In this document: positions 45,701 to 52,235 of the stretch, one piece after another
Position numbering within the stretch: position 1 is the first letter of the stretch
How the letters are laid out: each line of letters opens with the position of its first letter
Assembly (NCBI GenBank): GCA_964016885.1
Contig: OZ024744.1
Coordinates: 122,388,001 to 122,452,000 of the forward strand
Source: Eledone cirrhosa
Taxonomy: Eukaryota
Length of the DNA: 64,000 nucleotides
Direction: 5' to 3'
Notes under the pieces: model-generated
Database searches by the model: none
Told to the model about the DNA's origin: nothing
The model's input: the letters and a program-made list of their open reading frames with translations, nothing else
Position numbers and translations under genes: made by a program

Positions 45701-48180
45701 CTTGAAACAAGTCTTCACAATCACATTCCCACAACCAATCTACTTGGGGCAAGTCTTCACAATCACATTCCCACAACCAATTTACTTGAGACAAGTCTTC
45801 ACAATCACATTCCCACAATCAATCTACTTGAAACAAGTCGTCACAATCACATTTCCACAACCAATCTACTTGAAACAAGTCTTCACAATCACATTCCCAA
45901 AACCAATCCACTTGAAACAAGTCTTCACAATCACATTCCCACAACGAATCCACATGAACCAAGTCTTCACAATCACATTCTAACAACCAATCCACTTGAA
46001 ACAAGTCTTCACAATTACATTCCCACAACCAACCAATCCACTTGAAACAAGTCTTCACAATCAAATTCCCACAACCAATCCCCCTGAGACAAGTCTTCAC
46101 AATCACATTCCCACAACCAATCTACTTGAAACAAGTCTTCACAGTCACATTACCACAACCAATCCACTTGAAACAAGTCTTCACAATCACATTCCCACAA
46201 CCAATCTACTTGAAACAAGTCGTCACAATCACATTCCAACAACCAATCCACTTGAAACAAGTCTTCACAATCACATTCCCACAACCAATCCACTTGAAAC
46301 AAGTCTTCACAATCACATTCCCACAACCAACCAATCCACTTGAAACAAGTCTTCACAATCACATTCCCACAACCAATCCACTTGAGACAAGTCTTCACAA
46401 TCACATTCCCACAACCAATCTACTTGAGACAAGTCTTCACAATCACATTCCCACAACCAATCCACTTGAAACAAGTCTTCACAATCACATTCCCACAAGC
46501 AATCCGCTTGAAACAAGTCTTCACAATCACATTCCCACAACCAACCAAACAACTTGAAACAAGTCTTCACAATCACATTCCCACAACCACTCTACTTGAG
46601 ACAAGTCTTCACAATCACATTCCCACAAACAACTCTCCACAATCACATTCCCACAATCAATCCACTTGAAACAAGTCGTCACAATCATTTTCCCCACAAC
46701 CAATCCACTTGAAACAAGTCTTCACAATCACATTCTCACAACCAATCTACTTGAAACAAGTCTTCACAATCACATTCCCACAACCAACCAATCCACTTGA
46801 AACAAGTCTTCACAATCACATTCCCACAACCAACCCACTTGAGACAAGTCTTCACAATCACATTCCCACAACCAATCCATTTGAAACAAGTCTTCACAAT
46901 CACATTCCCACAACCAACCAATCCACTTGAAACAAGTCTTCACAATCACATTCCCACAACCAATCTATTTGAGACAAGTCTTCACAATCACATTCCCACA
47001 ACCAATCTACTTGAAACAAGACTTCACAATCACATTCCCACAACCAATCTACTTGAGACACGTCTTCACAATCACATTCCCACAACCAATCCACTTGAAA
47101 CAAGTCTTCACAATCACATTCCCACAACCAATCTACTTGAGACAAGTCTTCACAATCACATTCCCACAACCAATCCACTTGAACCAAGTCTTCACAATAA
47201 CATTCCCACAACCAATCCACTTGAAACAAGTCGCCACAATCACATTTCCACAACCAATCTACTTGAGACACGTCTTCAGAATCACATTCCCACAACCAAT
47301 CCACTTGAAACAAGTCTTCACAATCACATTCTCACAACCAATCTACTTGAGACAAGTCTTCACAATCACATTCCCACAACCAACCAATCCACTTGAAACA
47401 AGTCTTCACAATCACATTCCCACAACCAACCAATCCACTTGAAACAAGTCTTCACAATCACATTCCCACAATCAATCCACTTGAAACAAGTCTTCACAAT
47501 CACATTCCCACAACCAATCTACTTGAGACAAGTCTTCACAATCACATTACCACAACCAATCCACTTGAACCAAGTCTTCACAATAACATTCCCACAACCA
47601 ATCCACTTGAAACAAGTCTTCACAATCACATTCCCACAACCAATCTACTTGAGACACGTCTTCACAATCACATTCCCACAACCAATCCACTTGAAACAAG
47701 TCTTCACAATCACATTCCCACAACCAACCAATCCACTTGAAACAAGTTTTCACAATCACATTCCCACAACCAACCCACTTGAAACAAGTCTTCACAATCA
47801 TATTCCCACAACCAATCCTCTTGAGACAAGTCTTCACAATCACATTCCCACAACCAATCAACTTGAAACAAGTCTTCACAATCAATCCACTTGAGCAAGT
47901 CTTCACAATCACATTCCCACAACCAACCCACTTGAGACAAGTCTTCTCAATCATAAACATCCACAATTTGATACAAAACCAATAGTCACATATTTAGATA
48001 ATTTCTACAACCATTCTCTCCTCTTTCCTCTCATCCAATTAAAGTGGAAACAAATATGAGAGGATATTTGTTTCTTCAATGACACCATAGCAACAAGTCA
48101 CACAATTACAGCCACCCATAATGTCTCACAAACTAATGTGAAGAAAACACACACGTTAACCGTATGAAACATTATTCATA

Positions 48181-48212
48181 ATATATATATATATATATGT
48201 ATGTGTATGTAT
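48181..48212. repeat. (TA)n/(TATG)n microsatellite
   Basis: ATATATATATATATATATGTATGTGTATGTAT read directly. Confidence 0.95.
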
Positions 48213-49059
48213 TGTTAATTTAAATTTTTAAAGTTATAATTGTAATTACTTTCTAAATTATAAAATGATTATTTTTTAATATAAAATCTCTTTAATAAAA
48301 AATTTTTTAATATAATATAATTTAATATGGATTACCTTCAGGATGAAGAAAATATTAAGTCTCTTCTTTCTCATGTTTGCAAATACTTTAAATATGATAT
48401 TATACTATAATATAAATACTTATACATTTTATAGCCTGAAATATTATACCTTTAGATTAATTCACTATTTTGAGCTAACATAAATGATTCAAAATTTAAC
48501 GGTCATCCGGATACATATAATTGATTAATAGTCTATTTCTAATTAACTTAAGGACTCAAAATTAAACCCTCATATAACTACACCCAGATTATTTGATATT
48601 TTGATTGGTTGATTATTTCTAGATAATTCAACGATTCGAAATTATTCATTCACAAAGCTATGCCCAAATATATATTTATTTATTTATTTATTTATAAATA
48701 TATTTTTGCATCATCTAATTATACACTATTTATCCACGACAATACAAATCTCCCTCCCTATGCTTTATACTATAAAAATTCTTCTTTCTTGTCTCTCTAT
48801 CTTTAATCAATTTTCTTTTGCTTTAATGCATAAGATATTTCTATACTTCTAGTAACTATCTTTTTCCTCATTTGCTTCTTTCTTCTTTCTTCAATAATTT
48901 AAATTATTTGAATCTCTAACAGTTATGTAAATTTCTATTATATTAGTAGCTGGTTATTATTATGTATTTTTATAAGCTTTCTCACACGCACCCTCTGAAT
49001 TATATGTAATTTTTTCATGTCTCAATCTTAAGGTGTATAAATATTGAGTTTTGTCATAT

Positions 49060-49065
49060 TTTATT
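49060..49065 (-). promoter_or_regulatory. Candidate polyadenylation signal (AATAAA) for the NXN-like gene
   Basis: This is the first canonical AATAAA I find on the minus strand downstream of the stop codon (about 600 nt away). More occur in the (TTTA)n run near 48675-48692. The AT-rich context makes chance matches likely. Confidence 0.3.
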
Positions 49066-49121
49066 CACTACCATGACTGAATTTTAACCATCTACTTAGT
49101 CAGGGTATGTCATGTATCAGC

Positions 49122-49180
49122 TTATCTGATGAGGACGTACTGTTGAAGATAGCTCAGTAACTCTGAAATATGTATAATAA
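49122..49180 (+). ncRNA. Candidate minimal type-I hammerhead ribozyme (possibly degenerate)
   Basis: Layout: TTAT-CTGATGA(49126-49132), stem II (GGA/TCT plus TACTG/CAGTA), GAAA(49165-49168), short stem III ATA-TG-TAT, cleavage triplet AUA (49174-49176), then ATAA pairing with TTAT as stem I. It overlaps an AATAAA. Core order and pairing fit the hammerhead consensus, but stems are short and stem II closes with G-U. Confidence 0.6.
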
Positions 49181-49228
49181 AATATACTTGATCACACAAA
49201 TGTCTATTTTTGTTAATATTTTGAATTA

Positions 49229-49359
49229 ATATGTATGTATATGTATATATATATATATATATATGTATGTGTATGTATATATATATATATAGATATATGT
49301 ATGTGTATGTATATATATATATATATATATATGTGTATGTGTATGTATATATATTTATA

Positions 49360-49410
<51 letters not shown>

Positions 49411-49432
49411 GTATATGTATGTATATATATAT
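49229..49432. repeat. Compound (TA)n/(TG)n microsatellite, about 200 bp
   Basis: Read directly; it explains the spurious YIYI ORF at 49231..49434. Confidence 0.97.
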
Positions 49433-49436
49433 AAAT

Positions 49437-49494
49437 GGCTTCTACAGGACTAGAACTGTTTCATTCATGAAACAGTTCTAGTCCTGTAGAAGCC
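49437..49494. repeat. Perfect inverted repeat, 28-bp arms with a 2-nt spacer
   Basis: GGCTTCTACAGGACTAGAACTGTTTCAT-TC-ATGAAACAGTTCTAGTCCTGTAGAAGCC. It extends imperfectly about 10 bp further each side (ATATATAAAT / GTTTCTATAT). Confidence 0.97.
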
Positions 49495-49668
49495 GTTTCT
49501 ATATTAAACATGATGTTTACACTCTACTAATGTAATGTGTACCTTAGTTACTGTGGTTAGCCCCGATTGAACCCAGGACTGACACACACATATATATCAA
49601 CCAAATATGGGTGGTTGTCTTGTCGTTCACACACACACACTGACATACAGACAGACTGATAACACGAT

Positions 49669-49863
49669 TCATGAGTCTAAGAGCAGTGGTTCAGCCGGGA
49701 GACATCCAGTGAAATAATCATCCAAGAAACTGGCCGCTATATCAGAGGTGATCGTTGTTTCAGAACATACAAATAGTTTTTCTTCAGGGAAGTCCGTGAT
49801 CACTAAAAGAGGGTTTCGGTCTTCCAGTGCAGCATAGTCCCGGAAGAAATCACATATTTCATC
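49669..49863 (-). CDS. NXN: Terminal coding exon of a nucleoredoxin-like gene (C-terminal non-catalytic thioredoxin-like domain)
   Basis: Acceptor ...ttttttcatctttaattaattacag|GAT (phase 0). Translates as DEICDFFRDYAALEDRNPLLVITDFPEEKLFVCSETTITSDIAASFLDDYFTGCLPAEPLLLDS-stop. This is colinear with the vertebrate NXN C-terminus as I recall it (DDMTDSLRDY...PLLTILD...EEIT...FVNDFL...EPI). Recognised by eye, not by database search. Confidence 0.88.
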   Translation of the reverse strand, partial: DEICDFFRDYAALEDRNPLLVITDFPEEKLFVCSETTITSDIAASFLDDYFTGCLPAEPLLLDS

Positions 49864-50108
49864 CTGTAATTAATTAAAGATGAAAAAAATAAAAAATTAT
49901 ACATGATGATTATTTCTTTTGAAGTTAACAAAGAACTTATTAGATCTACCAACTCATAATATTATAATATTATATAATTAAATCAAATTATTTAGAACTA
50001 CAAGTGAAGTCATTCTTTTCCCTTTTTTCAAATATACCTAACCGTACCAAGGATCTCACACATTATCCAATATAAATATATACACACATATATATGTATG
50101 TGTGTGTG

Positions 50109-50235
50109 AAGGCGTGTGGCCGAGTGGTTAGAGAATTGGATTCACAATCGTGAAGTTGTGAGTTCGATTCCTGGACCAGGTGATGACTTATGTCCTTGAG
50201 CAAGACACTTTATTTCACGTTGCTCCTTTTACCTG
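50109..50235 (+). mobile_element. tRNA-derived SINE with CORE-like domain (3' boundary uncertain)
   Basis: Pol III A box TGGCCGAGTGG (50117-50127) and B box GTTCGATTCC (50162-50171). These are followed by TGTCCTTGAGCAAGACACTTT (50191-50211), which resembles the CORE-SINE conserved block. It lies beside a (TA/TG)n tract and has no tRNA acceptor stem. Confidence 0.85.
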
Positions 50236-50316
50236 GAGTTGCATCCAATAGATAGTATTAGCAGTTGGAAAGACCAATGGAAACATTGTTTCCTCAGTCT
50301 GATTTGACGAAAGTCG

Positions 50317-50338
50317 ATATATATATATATATATATAT
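50317..50338. repeat. (TA)n microsatellite
   Basis: Read directly. Confidence 0.95.
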
Positions 50339-50341
50339 GCA

Positions 50342-50650
50342 AACTGGACAGAAAAGCAGAGCTTGGAGGAGTTGAAGGAGAAACAGGGTTTAAGAGGAAT
50401 CTGATGTGGTGTGCAAGAAAGAGTGCATTGGTATGGACATATGATGTGTATTGACAATGATTGCGGGGTGAAGAAGTGACAGGAAATGCCAGTGGAAGGA
50501 AGCCTCAGTAGAGATAGACCAACTGAGACCTAGGTGGAGGTTGTGAGACTCACAGAGGAGATGATGAAGAAACGCGGTGAGTAGAGACATTTTGTGTTGA
50601 GAAGGACCTGTGCAACCCATGCAAGGAGAAGCAGACGTAAAAATGATGAT
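50342..50650 (+). mobile_element. Decayed 3' end of an RTE-clade non-LTR retrotransposon (fragment 1)
   Basis: The frame from 50342 reads ...EELKEKQGLRGI*CGVQERVHWYGHMMCIDNDCGVKK*QEMPVEGSLSRDRPTET*VEVVRLTEEMMKKRGE*RH.... It shows the RTE C-terminal motifs W(Y/F)GH, RGRP-like and W-x-V, with in-frame stops, and ends in a short GATGAT tail. Confidence 0.8.
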
Positions 50651-50748
50651 TTAAAACAGCAGAAGGCCAGGTTGGGGATAACCTTTTAAAGTTTTCATGT
50701 TGTTTAATGTTGAGGTTTTTCTTATTATTATATTATGGGGTCTGCAAA

Positions 50749-51338
50749 AAAGAATCTCTGAATTGAGAGATCACAGCTCTGATACTATGACATGTGGTTA
50801 GAATGTCTCAGGAAAGAATCACTGAATTGAGAGATCATAGCTCTGATACTATGACATGTGGTTAGAATGTCTCAGGAAAGAATCTCTGAATTGAGAGATC
50901 ATAGCTCTGATACTATGACATGTGGTTAGAATGTCTCAGGAAAGAATCTCTGAATTGAGAGATCATAGCTCTGATACTATGACATGTGGTTAGAATGTCT
51001 CAGGAGAGAATCTCTGAATTGAGAGATCACAGCTCTGATACTGTGACATGTGGTTAGAATATCTCAGGAAAGAATCTCTGAATTGAGAGATCACAGCTCT
51101 AATACTATGACATGTGGTTAGAATGTCTCAGGAAAGAATCTCTGAATTGAGAGATCACAGCTCTGATACTATGGACATGTGGTTAGAATGTCTCAGGAAA
51201 GAATCTCTGAATTGAGATATCACAGCTCTGATACTATGACATGTGGTTAGAATATCTCAGGAAAGAATCTCTGAATTGAGAGATCACAGCTCTGATACTA
51301 TGGACATGTGGTTAGAATGTCTCAGGAAAGAATCACTG
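50749..51338. repeat. 64/65-bp minisatellite, 9.2 copies
   Basis: Unit AAAGAATCTCTGAATTGAGAGATCACAGCTCTGATACTATG(G)ACATGTGGTTAGAATGTCTCAGG. GAATTGAG starts at 50760, 50824, 50888, 50952, 51016, 51080, 51144, 51209 and 51273. Confidence 0.98.
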
Positions 51339-51512
51339 GACAGATTTTACGGGCAAAACCAACTGGCAGGGGACCCAGAGCAAGGTGGTTAGATTAGCTT
51401 GGCTGGTCTTACTTCAGTTGGAGGTGGTTGCTTTTGACAGGACCTGCTGGAAGGAGTTCTTTGAGGACTCTGCCCCCACGACCCTACAGGAAGAAGTGGA
51501 TGAAGAAGAAGA
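51269..51512 (+). mobile_element. Decayed 3' end of a second, different RTE-clade retrotransposon (fragment 2)
   Basis: Reads L*IERSQL*YYGHVVRMSQERITGQILRAKPTGRGPRARWLD*LGWS, then after frameshifts VVAFDRTCWK and LRTLPPRP, ending in a GAAGAAGAAG tail. This matches RTE C-terminal motifs (IERSQLRWxGH, RMxxxR, GRPRxRW, LPPRP). Confidence 0.82.
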
Positions 51513-51792
51513 CTAACATGGTTATTTCATAAGCAGGCTGTTCCGTTGATTGTGCAGCTTGAACAAGTGTAATTGTTGAAATTGATGGAGGAATTCATCA
51601 TTTAAGGTCCATTTTGTTTGTGTTAAATGATAATCAGTAGTGATGTTGGTGATGATGATGATGGTGGTGGGGAGATGATATTGCCGATGGTGGCCATACT
51701 AATGAAGATGGTGGTGAAGATAACAAACAATCAAATGGACCCTCACTCCAACACTAACTCAGCACCATATATAAATAACATTTGACATTTAC

Positions 51793-51899
51793 CTCACCCC
51801 CATAAAAAAATAACAACCGCTGATCTTCTCTCTGGTGTTCTTTCTCTGCTAAATCTTGAAGAACGGTACGGGCTGACTCCATCTCTGATTTGGTGCCAT
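51793..51899 (-). CDS. NXN: Penultimate coding exon of the nucleoredoxin-like gene
   Basis: Acceptor ...tctttctctccttatctag|AT (phase 1), 107 nt, donor GAG|gtaaat. Translates as (D)GTKSEMESARTVLQDLAEKEHQREDQRLLFFYGGE, comparable to NXN ...ESEAAKQLIQPIAEK...PLLFFVAGE. It splices in frame to the terminal exon. Confidence 0.87.
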
Positions 51900-52235
51900 C
51901 TAGATAAGGAGAGAAAGACGTTTAATGTTTGATTAAATTGTGGAGTTATACTTGATGATAGGAGGAGGAAGACAGAAGGCAAAGAAAAAGAAAGAGGATA
52001 AAGGCACAATCACAGTGGTCTCCCCCTCTTCTTCAAAATCCCTGCACAGAAAACAAACATCAATTTATGTCAGTTTTACTATTGTTTTCTGGGTGGTAGC
52101 CATGGATGGATTTGTTGAGATTTTACTGAGGCAGTTTTTCTACAGTTCAACCACCTTCCTCATGTCCTATTCTGCTTCTCTCTTGAAATGACCTGTCACA
52201 GTTTTCGTTAATTCTATCATCTGTAACCCCACATA

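Larger units (their letters stand above)
1..47953. repeat. 42-bp satellite DNA array (open at the left edge of the window), about 1,140 monomers
   Basis: Uninterrupted head-to-tail copies of consensus CCACTTGAAACAAGTCTTCACAATCACATTCCCACAACCAAT. Recurrent variants include 46-bp (+CAAC/CAAT), 41-bp and 28-bp (-14 bp) units, and GAAA/GAGA/GAAC changes. The array ends at ...GAGACAAGTCTTCTCAATCA near 47953. Confidence 0.99.
49864..51792 (-). other. Last intron of the NXN-like gene (1,929 bp, GT-AG, phase 0)
   Basis: Donor GAG|gtaaat at 51792 and acceptor tacag|GAT at 49864 join the exons in frame (...LLFFYGGE|DEICD...). Confidence 0.85.

Noticed and set aside
1-47953. CRISPR-like appearance (hairpin and TTGAAAC resembling CRISPR repeat ends)
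   Set aside because: There are no unique spacers, because the whole unit repeats. There are no cas genes, and the context is eukaryotic with spliceosomal introns and a SINE.
23-47985. Hundreds of ORFs encoding (LKQVFTITFPQPIH)n, (LETSLHNHIPTTNP)n, (WLWECDCEDLFQVD)n and similar
   Set aside because: The 42-bp unit is a multiple of 3 and lacks stops in four frames. The ORFs overlap on both strands, many use non-ATG starts, and they are broken constantly by +4, -1 and -14 indels, so there is no sign of frame conservation.
49231-49434. 67-aa YIYI-rich ORF
   Set aside because: It is the translation of a TA/TG microsatellite.
50109-50180. Possible tRNA gene
   Set aside because: A and B boxes are present, but there is no pairing acceptor stem or clean anticodon arm, and it continues into a CORE-like block. 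It is a SINE head.
50141-50205. Short matches between the SINE (TTCACAATC, CTTGAGCAAG) and the 42-bp monomer, hinting at a SINE origin of the satellite
   Set aside because: The matches are 9-10 nt, in the opposite order and 45 bp apart, which is compatible with chance.
50215-50620. Minus-strand ORFs of 80 and 76 aa
   Set aside because: They are antisense to the decayed RTE fragment, one spans a microsatellite, and neither has recognisable protein features.
51960-52045. Possible additional minus-strand exon after the acceptor-like tttgttttctgtgcag near 52042
   Set aside because: The translation does not resemble the expected upstream NXN sequence (FPWxPKP...LVLF), and I found no convincing donor in the required phase.
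51794-52191. ORF-track entries 51794..52009 (-) and 51940..52191 (+)
   Set aside because: The first overlaps the real exon in the wrong frame. The second is low-complexity antisense intron sequence.
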